DNA of 62,881 nt, the filler included, from Octopus bimaculoides (Eukaryota): the NCBI RefSeq assembly GCF_001194135.2. It is 7 parts of 7 records of this genome, joined end to end, with 100 filler letters (N's around TTAATTAATTAA, not from the genome) between each part and the next. Parts side by side here need not be neighbours in the genome. Positions count along the whole stretch, not along the records: positions 1 to 23,699 come from NC_068984.1; 6 more parts are not named here. One strand, written 5' to 3'. Below are positions 1 through 10,070 of this stretch, piece by piece. Positions within the stretch are counted from its first letter, which is position 1. Each line of letters opens with the position of its first letter. The notes beneath the pieces are model-generated. The model saw only the letters and a program-made list of their open reading frames with translations, ran no database searches and was not told where the DNA came from. Made by a program: the position numbers and the translations under genes.

Positions 1-67
<67 letters not shown>

Positions 68-105
68 GTATATATATATAAATATATATATATAGTGTGT
101 GTGTG
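1..105. repeat. (TA)n/(TG)n microsatellite
   Basis: Direct reading; it abuts a SINE 3' half and is probably that SINE's internal microsatellite. Confidence 0.95.
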
Positions 106-320
106 TGTATGTTTGTGTTTATCCCCTACCATCGCTTGACAACCGGCGTTGGTTTTTTTACGTCCCTGTCAGCTAGCGGTTCGGCAAATTAGAACGATAA
201 AATAAGTATATGGTTTAAAAATAAGAACTGGGTGTCGATTTGTTTGACTCAATCCCTCACTACAGTTCCCTGACAGGACTGCAGTGCGGTGACAGAGACA
301 AGACAAGTAAAAGATAAAAA
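106..320 (+). mobile_element. 3' half of CORE-type SINE family A (diverged)
   Basis: catcgcttgacaacc...gcggttcggcaaa...aataagta...caagtaaaaga matches copies at 18325-18525 and 28637-28993. Confidence 0.8.
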
Positions 321-586
321 GTTACACGTATATCTGTGTGTATGAATCGGTGGCCCAAACTGATGAATCGTAACCACGCAGAAACAGACGTCTTACAGTT
401 TAATGACGTCTGGAAGTGCCCAGCTCGTTATGTCTTTATTCAGAGAGTTTTTAAGTACATAGACATCGGGAAGAAATACAGTTAAGCAATGCGCCTGAGC
501 TCTGTATACAATAAGTCCATTATACAGGGTGTCCACAAAGTCTGGGTATACGAGGATTAACACATACTTTAAGAAATTATTATTTC

Positions 587-905
587 GGATCTATTTTAAA
601 ACGGGGGCCACAGTTTTCATTAATGTTTTACGTAGTGTTTTTGGTACCGAAAGACTTTCAAACTTCGTATACTTATCTATTTTGTGTTATAGAACAGAAA
701 AATATTTTTGTATTCGAATTTATTTCATGTAAAAAATTGTCTTATTTCGATAATTTCACCCAATCACTGACAAGTATTCAGTTGTTTACACTTACTCCTT
801 TGGTTGATTAAGCGGTGTAAAGCGTATTTAATCTCCATAGCTTCGTTTTATTTGCTTTTTTCATTTTAAATTTGCTTTTTTCATTTTCTTTTTTTTTCTT
901 CGTTC
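587..905 (+). mobile_element. Left part of Merlin-like nonautonomous DNA transposon (second copy), truncated by gap
   Basis: Starts ggatctattttaaaacggggg and aligns over ~230 bp with 2867-3096; interrupts a mariner-type MITE. Confidence 0.8.
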
Positions 906-1435
906 TNNNNNNNNNNNNNNNNNNNNNNNNNNNNNNNNNNNNNNNNNNNNNNNNNNNNNNNNNNNNNNNNNNNNNNNNNNNNNNNNNNNNNNNNNNNNNN
1001 NNNNNNNNNNNNNNNNNNNNNNNNNNNNNNNNNNNNNNNNNNNNNNNNNNNNNNNNNNNNNNNNNNNNNNNNNNNNNNNNNNNNNNNNNNNNNNNNNNNN
1101 NNNNNNNNNNNNNNNNNNNNNNNNNNNNNNNNNNNNNNNNNNNNNNNNNNNNNNNNNNNNNNNNNNNNNNNNNNNNNNNNNNNNNNNNNNNNNNNNNNNN
1201 NNNNNNNNNNNNNNNNNNNNNNNNNNNNNNNNNNNNNNNNNNNNNNNNNNNNNNNNNNNNNNNNNNNNNNNNNNNGAATCGTAACCACGCAGAAACAGAC
1301 GTCTTACAGTTTAATGACGTCTGGAAGTGCCCAGCTCGTTATGTCTTTATTCAGAGAGTTTTTAAGTACATAGACATCGGGAAGAAATACAGTTAAGCAA
1401 TGCGCCTGAGCTCTGTATACAATAAGTCCATTATA

Positions 1436-1562
1436 CAGGGTGTCCACAAAGTCTGGGTATACGAGGATTAACACATACTTTAAGAAATTATTATTTCTTA
1501 TATTTAATTGTTTATGTTATGATTTTATTTACTCCATGTACACAGACCTTGTGGCCACCCTG
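1436..1562. mobile_element. 127-bp Tc1/mariner-type MITE
   Basis: TIR cagggtgtccacaaagtctgggta vs reverse complement of right end cagggtggccacaaggtctgtgta (21/24); TA on both flanks. Confidence 0.85.
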
Positions 1563-2228
1563 TATATCTCTTCAGACATTCTATCGAATCTGCCAGCTCG
1601 GTTGTGACATTTATTTCTAGTTTGCGAACGACGCCTGCAATGTTGTGGAGGGGGGGGGGAAACTCGATACCATCGGGTACAGTATTTGACAAATACTTCA
1701 ATTTATTACCCCCCACCCCCACCCCGCCGCCGGAAACCATCCGGCCATCAAAAGCCGAAAGGCAAAGTTGAAAGGCAAAGTAACAGGATTTGAAATCAAA
1801 GAAATCCTTTTGAATACAACAAGGATTTGAAATCAGTAGAAGGACAGAAACAATATCGTGGGACGTTTTTCCGTTGCCGTAATGAGTTCATCAGTTCACC
1901 GTCCTTGAAGTTTGTCAAATAATACCAATCAACACAAAGCAAATCGTAAACACAAACGTAATACACAAAATAAGACATTGAAGCCCGGAGATGACGCATG
2001 AGACCATCCACAAACATAGTTGAGTTTTTGTTTTCGAACAGGTTTAAACGTAGTAAGTGTGGGACGTGCAACACAACTTTCAGTGAGGTAATACTTTGGA
2101 AATGTCTCAAGCTAATAAAACGTAATATCCGGCTATTTTACTGCTCATATGTACAGTATATACACAATCTAGCTGTCATTCGATGTACTGTATGTTCATT
2201 CTTATAACCTGTATAATACCATTCTCTA

Positions 2229-2239
2229 TAATATATACA

Positions 2240-2288
<49 letters not shown>

Positions 2289-2435
2289 AAAACTAACTGT
2301 ACACTATAATATATAACATTATACATATAATCTATCTATCTACCTATCTATCTATCTATCTATCTGTCTATCGCTCTTTCTTTCTTTCTTCTTCTTCTTC
2401 TTCTTCTTGTTCTTATCATTCTTCTTCTTATTATT
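2229..2435. repeat. (AC)n, (ATCT)n and (TTC)n microsatellites
   Basis: Direct reading. Confidence 0.9.
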
Positions 2436-2454
2436 AGTAGAAGTAGTATCACTG

Positions 2455-2760
2455 TGATGGCGCCAGGCCTAGTGATTAAGGTGTTTAATCACGATTGCGA
2501 GATCATGGTTTCAATTCGTAGACCGGGTGGTGCGTTGTGTTCTTGAGCAAAACACTCCATTTCACGTTACTTTGCGATCGCTTCGACACCTGACGTGTGG
2601 CACACCGTGCACCTGTTCAGACAACGTCGATATCATGCAGAGAATGAGCTAATGCGCGGCACATTTGATCACAGATTTGATCATTATTAACAAATCATTT
2701 GTGCAGATCATTCGGCAAGAGAGCTGAACACTCTAATGCTGTCTTCGGCGGGCGAGTCCA
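2455..2760 (+). mobile_element. tRNA-derived CORE-type SINE (diverged)
   Basis: A-box-like ggcctagtgattaagg, B-box-like ggtttcaattc, then gttgtgttcttgagcaaaacactccatttcac resembling the CORE domain; a related relic lies at ~48255-48420. Confidence 0.65.
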
Positions 2761-2866
2761 TTGTTATTATCATTATTATTAAAGCAGCGAACTGACAATA
2801 TCGTTAGCACGCCGGGCAAAATGCTTAGCGGCTTTCGTCCGTCTTTAAATTCCTTGTTCAAATTCC

Positions 2867-3628
2867 GGATCTAGTTCAAAACGGGGGCACCAGTTTTCAT
2901 TTATGTTTTATGTAGTGTTTTTGGTTCCGAAAGACTTTCAAACTTCGTATACTTATCTATTTTGTGTTATAGAACAGAAAAAAAAATTTGTATTCGGAGT
3001 TATTTCGTGTAAAAAATTGTCTTATTTCGATAATTTCAACCAATCACTGACAAATATTCAGCTGTTTACACTTACTCCTTTGGCAGTTTAAGCGGTNNNN
3101 NNNNNNNNNNNNNNNNNNNNNNNNNNNNNNNNNNNNNNNNNNNNNNNNNNNNNNNNNNNNNNNNNNNNNNNNNNNNNNNNNNNNNNNNNNNNNNNNNNNN
3201 NNNNNNNNNNNNNNNNNNNNNNNNNNNNNNNNNNNNNNNNNNNNNNNNNNNNNNNNNNNNNNNNNNNNNNNNNNNNNNNNNNNNNNNNNNNNNNNNNNNA
3301 ACCCTAACCCTAACCCTAACCCTAACTCTACTGCCAATATGCTTCAGCCATTTTTTGACAAGGAAATAATAATTTTATCACCGCCAGAATCGTTTGAGAA
3401 TCGTTTGTTTACGTAGTCAGCACTTAATGTATTCGACTGAATGGACGTCAGTCATTGGTTGAAATTACAGAAATACGACAACTTTAACATGAAATAACTT
3501 GCGATGTACGTTTTTTTGTTAAGAAGACTAAGAGAAAAAGATGTTTTATATGACACATTATACCAGTGTCCCAAGTTTCAAAGTGTTTCGTTAAGAAAAT
3601 ACTGGTACCCCCGTTTTGAACTAGATCC
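2867..3628. mobile_element. Nonautonomous DNA transposon with 28-bp TIRs and 8-bp TSD (Merlin-like)
   Basis: TIR ggatctagttcaaaacgggggcaccagt / actggtacccccgttttgaactagatcc (27/28); TSD caaattcc at 2859-2866 and 3629-3636. The superfamily call is inferred from GG termini plus the 8-bp TSD. Confidence 0.85.
3300..3326. repeat. (CCCTAA)n telomere-type repeat, interstitial
   Basis: accctaaccctaaccctaaccctaac directly after a gap, inside the TIR element. Confidence 0.85.
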
Positions 3629-3781
3629 CAAATTCCATTTAGGTCGGCTTTGCCGCTCATTCTTAGGGGTCGATAAAATAGGTACTTGTTAAGCACAGGA
3701 GTCGGTGTAATCCGCTTAATCCCTCACCCGAAATTTATGTCCCTGTCCCAAAATATGAAACCATTATTATTATTATTATTT

Positions 3782-4086
3782 GATGAAAACTCACAGCTTA
3801 TTTTGCTGGGTATGATGGAAAGTGTCAGCTGTCCACAGCCAGCAGGCTAAGGTGACACTTGTTTACTGGTCATGCTTCAAGAACCCACGCGAAGAATTCT
3901 TGCAGTTCTAAGCAATGCTGATTTTTGTAGGTGTTCTGCCTTTACTTTTGTACCAATCTTTTTCAGCCATGTTTGTAGATGAGTGCTGATACTCCCAAGT
4001 GCACCAATTTCTATTGGTACCACGACTACTCTCGTTATTGACCACAGCCTTCATATTTCCCACTTCAAATCGTCATAGTTGTTCAG

Positions 4087-4090
<4 letters not shown>
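3782..4090 (-). mobile_element. 5'-truncated R4/Dong-type (RLE) non-LTR retrotransposon, 3' end
   Basis: Minus-strand translation YDDLKWEI*RLWSITRVVVVPIEIGALGS...QKSALLRTARILR is typical of the RLE C-terminus; (TTA)n on both sides. Confidence 0.8.
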
Positions 4091-4137
<47 letters not shown>

Positions 4138-4206
4138 CATTACAATGGCACTCTTCTTTTAATATTGACTCTATATCTTCTGGAGGAGTTACCTCAATCC
4201 TTTATA

Positions 4207-4249
<43 letters not shown>

Positions 4250-4250
<1 letters not shown>

Positions 4251-4790
4251 GTTTGACTTTTGCTTTGTATTTGTACAAATTCACTCCAAGTCTCACCCGG
4301 AGACCTCAAGAGACAAGTTAGAAGTTCACGTTGGTCTTATGCCTAAGGTGTCATATATTTGGTTTTGTACATGGTGTTGTTCTAGAGAATGTTTAAGAAA
4401 CCATAAGAAAATTATGTTTGTTTTAAAATTTGAGATTACATAGACAGTATTTTACGTAGGATATGGGCAGTTCCCTTGAGCACTATCTTTTGAATTTCTG
4501 CCATTTTGGGGTTTCCTGGTATCTGAGCTAGATAGCAATCAGCCCCTTTTGCTATCATTCCTAGGGCACCTATAACACCAGGTATTGTTTTAGTCTTCAG
4601 GTTCCACATTTTGCCAATTTCTATTTCAAGATCTTTATACTTGCTCAGTTTTTGGTAGGTCTTGATAGATACATTTATATCGATTGGGACAGTCATATCA
4701 ATGAGGAGGCATGATTTTTGTTTGAAGTCTTTCAATATAATGTCTGGCATATTTGCATCTATTTTTCTGTCAGTTTGAATGGTGAAATTC
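4250..4790 (-). mobile_element. 5'-truncated R4/Dong-type non-LTR retrotransposon (RLE domain plus 3' UTR)
   Basis: ORF 4436-4750 PDIILKD...CLLIDMTVP...KYKDLEIEIGKMW...IPGVIGALG...GTAHILRK has the PD-(D/E)xK-type RLE signature; flanked by (TTA)n at 4207-4249 and 4792-4855. Confidence 0.9.
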
Positions 4791-4856
<66 letters not shown>

Positions 4857-4867
4857 CATCATCATCA

Positions 4868-5080
4868 AGGCGGCAAGCTGGTAGTATCGTTAGCACGCTG
4901 GACGAAATGCTTAGCAGTATTTCATCCGTCTTTACGTTCTGAGTTCAAATTCCGCTGAGGTCGACTTTGCCTTTCATCCTTTCGGGGTCGATAAAATAAG
5001 TACCATTTCAACACTGGGATCGATGTAATCAATTTACCCCCTCCCCTAAATTGCTGGCCTTGTGCCAAAATTTGAAGCCA
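4868..5080 (+). mobile_element. Meta/MESC-domain-like tRNA SINE
   Basis: ggcggcaagctgg head, gagttcaaattcc B box, gtcgactttgcctttcatcctttcggggtcgataaaataagtacc core, (ATT) tail. Confidence 0.85.
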
Positions 5081-5090
5081 TTATTATTAT

Positions 5091-5712
5091 TGGTGACCAG
5101 TCTCTCTCGGAAATGGACCAAGAGGAAATTATTCCTGAAAGGTCGAGCAGAGTTGGCGAATGCGCACATCACTTCTTTGATAACTTGTCAGCTGACCGTC
5201 GTACCTTGCCCCAGTCCACGTTTGGCCGAACTGAAGCGTTTTCTTTTCCGCTTCTAGTGGAAAGGGCGCGTTCCACTGGTCAGGCAGTTTATCTATTGCT
5301 AGTGTCCTCTGGATTGCGGGCTTGGCATACTATGGTTGCTAATGCGGAGACCCACGCTGCGAATACACCACTTACCAGATTTTCCTGGATAGTGAGTCGG
5401 TCTGGTCTCCGTTCGTAAGACACACTTTTCCACAGCTTATCTCTTTAAAACAGCTGCAATCCCGGGGGTCAGAAAAGACCAAGATCAGGTGCCTGGCATC
5501 TGAAATATCGTTAAACGCTCACTGCTCTCTACCAGTCGGGCAATACGGCCAGTGGAATTTCTACGGTAGCAATTTATAGAAATCTGGCTGTGGTTAAGGG
5601 CGACGGTGTTTTCCTGGAAACTCTAGACGTCGACGAGAATGAACTAGTTGGTCTATTTCAGAGGACTTACGAGCCTGGTACTACCATGAATAATTTCCTG
5701 AAATCCTTGGCC
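5091..5712 (+). mobile_element. Tx1/L1-clade LINE fragment (ORF2 downstream of RT), decayed
   Basis: KWTKRKLFLKGRAELANAHITSLITCQLTVVPCPSPRLAELKRFLFRF*WKGRVPLVR resembles the L1/Tx1 motif W..R.LSL.GR..L.N...LF.F.WKG. Confidence 0.75.
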
Positions 5713-6491
5713 TAATTTTTTTTTCGGAGAGTAGCTTAATCGGTTAGATCAACCCCAGTATTTGACCCCAGAGGGGTGAAATGCAAAGTCGGCTTCAACA
5801 GGATATGAAATACTAAATTGCTGTTTAAAACAGTTGATTCTCTTTCTAGCTGGTAATTTTGAGATGATAATAAGTTGATACTATTGGTTTTAGAATTCAA
5901 TTTTGTTTACTACCAGCAGAGAAAAAAAATATGGCCGAAAATTAAGATTGCTTGTAGAAAGATTTGAACTCAGATAACAAACATTTACAACGAATTCCAG
6001 AGAGTAATTCTCCGCCGACTGTGCTAGTCATCTCTTCTCTAAACGAAGCTAAAAATATCAACCCGAAATCTAAAGAAAACGTAGATATTAACCGCAACAA
6101 CCCAAATAACGTATGTAGCGCAATGTGACACATCGAGACACCTGCAGATATGATTGAGATGTTTTTTAGAACAGGTTTCAGGCTTTATTTGCATAAGGAG
6201 TGGAACGCAGTTTCCTCGACTTTGGAAATTTCCCAAGATAATAACCGCCTACCCTACAGCATATATATATACAGCAGTACATATATATATGCACCTGTAA
6301 TCCACTGTACAATANNNNNNNNNNNNNNNNNNNNNNNNNNNNNNNNNNNNNNNNNNNNNNNNNNNNNNNNNNNNNNNNNNNNNNNNNNNNNNNNNNNNNN
6401 NNNNNNNNNNNNNNNNNNNNNNNNNNNNNNNNNNNNNNNNNNNNNNNNNNNNNNNNNNNNNNNNNNNNNNNNNNNNNNNNNNNNNNNNNNN

Positions 6492-6492
6492 C

Positions 6493-6533
<41 letters not shown>

Positions 6534-6710
6534 TGAATACACAGGCACACACACACACACACATATATATATATGTATATATATATACGCACATACATAC
6601 ATATATGTATATGCATATATATGTATATATAGTATATATATACATATATATATATGAACACACACACATATATATACACATATATATACGCACACATATA
6701 TACATACATG

Positions 6711-6798
<88 letters not shown>

Positions 6799-6910
6799 TA
6801 CATACATATATATAATATATATATTTATACGTGTGTGTGTCTATGTGTGTGAGTGCGTCTATGTGCGTGTGTGTGTGTTTGTGTGTGTGTGTGTCTGTGT
6901 GTGTGTGTGT
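6492..6910. repeat. Compound (TA)n/(CA)n/(TG)n microsatellite
   Basis: Direct reading; source of the YIYIYI ORFs. Confidence 0.95.
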
Positions 6911-6919
6911 TTAATGCTG

Positions 6920-7105
6920 CAAGCGAGCTGACAGAATTGTCGCCACTCCGAGTAAAATGCTTAGCAGCAATCCGTCCTTCTTTCCGTTCCCTGTTCAAAT
7001 TCCGCCGAGATCCACATTGCCTTTCATCCTTTGGCGAGCCGTAAAATAAGCACTAGTTAAGCACTAGGGTCGATATTGCAGGCTTTGTTCCAAAATTTGA
7101 AACAC
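6920..7105 (+). mobile_element. Meta/MESC-like SINE, diverged
   Basis: gcgagctgacagaattg...gttcaaattccgccgag...gcctttcatcctttggcg. Confidence 0.75.
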
Positions 7106-7162
7106 AATCACACAGACACACACACGCACACACACACTCATGCACATATATATTTATATATA

Positions 7163-7605
7163 CCGTAAATCCTCGAGTATAGTCCGCCCTTAAGTATAAT
7201 ACGCAGGGGATTTTTAGGGGGCTGTACCTCTGAATAACATAAACCTTGTGTATAATACGCACCCCTTCTCTAACTTGAGTCAAGGAGGTCTATATAACGT
7301 CCTTGGTTTGTAAACATATATACGGTAACGTCCTTTATTATTATTGTATTTATAACATAATGCAAGTTATGGATAATTCTTTTATGACTTCATTGCTTTC
7401 AGGCATAGCTTAAGGTATTAGGTTAAGGTATTTTCGCGTCCGACATCACAAAGTGCGTTTGAATAAACATTGCCGCACAGCATATAGAGACTCAGACATT
7501 GCTTAGAAAATATTTTTCGTTTTTAACCTCGTATATAGTACGCACAAGGGATTTTGACCTTTAAATTTTGGGAAAAAAATGCGGATTATACTCGAGGATT
7601 TACGG
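7163..7605. mobile_element. 443-bp MITE with CCGTA termini (Tc2/pogo-like TcMar)
   Basis: TIR ccgtaaatcctcgagtatagtccgc / gcggattatactcgaggatttacgg (24/25); TA on both sides. Confidence 0.9.
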
Positions 7606-7616
7606 TATATATGTAG

Positions 7617-7846
7617 TTAGCACGAAGCATATGGATGCAGTAAAGCATCAACCTGCTAGAAATAAGAGCTAAAGTATGTAGATATCCTAAATAACATAAT
7701 CTTTCATAGGTGTGCTTTTGAATATATTAATTCTTTCTGTTTCCCCGCCTTATTTCTCTGTTATTTGGTGCTTTACGGTGGTTTAAGACTTTGGCTCTTA
7801 TTTCTAGCAGGCTGATGCTTTTCTGCATCCGTATGCTTCGTGCTAA
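7617..7846. mobile_element. Fold-back element with ~59-bp inverted arms
   Basis: 7617-7675 is the reverse complement of 7788-7846 with about 4 mismatches. Confidence 0.8.
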
Positions 7847-8117
7847 TTCTATATCATAGCTTGATAATGCTACTTGCCTGCGAACCACCTATGTTACTTC
7901 TGTTGAAACCATCAATTTAAAATTTTATCCAGAAATGATATTAAAAGTAGTGACAACTTCTTTCAAACCTTAGTGCTTGAATGTTTTGTTCATATTTTAT
8001 TTGTTTTAAATCGCTTGAAATTATATTTTAAATTTATTGGCAGGAGAAGATCACGATGTGCTTAAGCTATGTAAAAAAAAGAAAAAAAAACAGTTATTGT
8101 TATATACAATTATATGT

Positions 8118-8492
8118 GGAGGCGCAATGGCCCAGTGGTTAGGGCAGCGGACTCGCGGTCATAGGATCACGATTTCGATTCCCAGATCGGGCATTGTGAG
8201 TGTTTATTGAGCGAAAACACCTAAAGGTCCACGTGGCTCCGGCAAGGGATGGTGGCAAACCCTGCTGTACTCTTCCACCACAACTTTCTCTCACTCTTTC
8301 TTCCTGTTTCTGTTGTACCTGTATTTCAAAGGGCCAGCCTTGTCACGCTGAATATCCCCGAGAACTACGTTAAGGGTACACGTGTCTGTGGAGTGCTCAG
8401 CCACTTGCACGTTAATTTCGCGAGCAGGCTGTTCCGTTGATCTGATCGACTGGAACCCTCGACGTCGTAAGCAACGGAGTGCCAACAACAAC
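8118..8492 (+). mobile_element. tRNA-derived SINE family B, full length
   Basis: ggaggcgcaatggcccagtggttagggcagcggactc (A box)...ttcgattccc (B box)...(caa)n tail; other copies at 10995, 12996 and 14537. Confidence 0.9.
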
Positions 8493-8496
8493 GATT

Positions 8497-9165
8497 ATAT
8501 ACTAATCGCCACAGTTGTCCAGGGCATCTTTGAACAGAGGAGTGGTGGGCAGTTGAATGACATATTGTGGTAGCTTGTTCCACGGGGCTGCGATATGGAC
8601 GGAGAATGCGGCCTTCCGCCTGTTGAGTCGAAAGGGTCGGGGATAGAGTTTGCGATCATGCCCACGAAGACCTCTACCCGACGCAGGGGTGAAAAACTCC
8701 GCAACTGGTAGGTTTACATCCCCGTTGAAGATGTTGAAAGCCAGGAAGAGATCCCCACCCCTGCATTCTCCGTCGTTCGAGTGAAAGTAATGCCAGCCGT
8801 TGGAGACGTTCTTCATACGTAAGCTTAGACAAGCCCGCGACCATTCGGGTGGCTAAATGTTAAACCCGTTCCAGGTACTGAATGTATTTCGGAGATATGG
8901 GTTCGAGGCCTGGATGGGTCGAACTAGAGTGACGTATAAAGGCCGAAATACGTCCATTGAAAAGTTGACAAAGGACCAGCGGTTGAGGAAAAGATTCCTT
9001 CTGGCTTTGATCGCTGCCTCGATACACTGCGGTGTTGGTTTGAAAGTGGTATCGATCATTATGCCGAGATCTTTTTCTTCAGTGACCATCTTAAGATGCT
9101 GGTAGTTAGGTTCTATTCTGGTAAGAACGTCGCAGGGCACAGTATAAAGCTCGTCCACCCTCTGA
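8497..9165 (-). mobile_element. CR1-clade LINE 3' fragment (RT C-terminus), decayed
   Basis: EEKDLGIMID...YVTLVRP...FSVHIAAPWNKLPQYVIQLPTTPLFKDALD matches the CR1/L2 motifs EKDLGV, LVRP.LEY and FS.R....WN.LP...FK..LD. Confidence 0.85.
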
Positions 9166-9439
9166 TTTCACCCGGTGCTATATATATATGTCAATGCAGA
9201 TACGCAATCACATGAGTCTTTCACTGATACAAAAAGATTCAAGACGTTTCACCAAAGCATTCGGAATAGCAAACCCAGTACCTGCCTCTTTCTTTACTTC
9301 CTGAAGCTTACACATCCAGAAAAAATTGCATCGACCATCAATTTCCTGTAGCTGACCACAGTCCGCTAGTCTGGTTTCCGGAAGACCTGGCAAAACGCGG
9401 CACTTCTAAATGGTGTGTGGTGTTTTTTCCGCAAATACC

Positions 9440-9680
9440 GCGCACGCACAAACATATATGTATGTATGTATGTACATATGTATGTATGTATGTATGTATG
9501 CATGTATGTATGTATGCATGTATGTATGAATGTATGCATGTGTGTGTGGTGTGTGCGTGTATGCATGCATATATATGTCTTATAAATATCCAAACATATA
9601 CACATACGATTGTATGTCTTATATATATATATATATATATACGTATGTGCGTGTGTGTGTATATGTGTGTACATATGCGA
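9440..9680. repeat. (TATG)n/(TA)n/(TG)n compound microsatellite
   Basis: Direct reading. Confidence 0.9.
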
Positions 9681-9689
9681 TTTTCTTCC

Positions 9690-9851
9690 TCCATCTTCCC
9701 TTCTATTGGACTTTTCTCCGTTTCCAAAGAAGATCGTCTGCATGAAACGTTAAACAATCTTTCTTTCCTTCCCTGAGCGTCAGCTAATACTTCACACGTA
9801 CCACGTCCACGTTGTTGACTTTTTGTGCCTGTTCTACTTTTTGGGATTTAC

Positions 9852-9882
<31 letters not shown>

Positions 9883-10070
9883 GGGAGAATATACGAAAAA
9901 ACAACAACAGACGAGGACAGGTGGTGTAAATAACAAAAGGATGTATTAGTATGACGCTCGGGAATACGGAAAGTCATTGACGTTTCGAGCTACGCTCTTC
10001 AACAGAAAGAATACGGAGACAAGGAGAAAAACACGGAGAAAAAAAATTGAATAGTGTTCAGTCAACGGTC
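9690..10070. mobile_element. Two related Penelope-like terminal fragments in inverted orientation around (TA)n
   Basis: gaagatcgtctgcatgaaacgt (+) and gacgtttcgagctacgctcttcaacag (-) share a GAAGA..(GCTC)GAAACGT motif; the family assignment is inferred. Confidence 0.45.

Larger units (their letters stand above)
2781..3770 (+). mobile_element. Meta/MESC-domain-like tRNA SINE split by a DNA transposon (2781-2866 and 3637-3770)
   Basis: The two halves rejoin into the consensus ...gttcaaattcc|...ggtcg.ctttgcc...ggggtcgataaaata seen in many other copies. Confidence 0.8.

Noticed and set aside
1564-2140. Non-repetitive stretch with ORFs of 69-104 aa
   Set aside because: No domain recognised and no coherent splice structure.
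5958-6128. Possible terminal exon (AG acceptor, 56 codons KDLNSD...VCSAM*)
   Set aside because: No recognisable homology and no partner exon; an open frame this short is expected by chance.
8118-8195. tRNA gene-like sequences (also at 28637, 14966 and elsewhere)
   Set aside because: A/B boxes continue directly into SINE bodies shared by many copies; no complete cloverleaf was evident.
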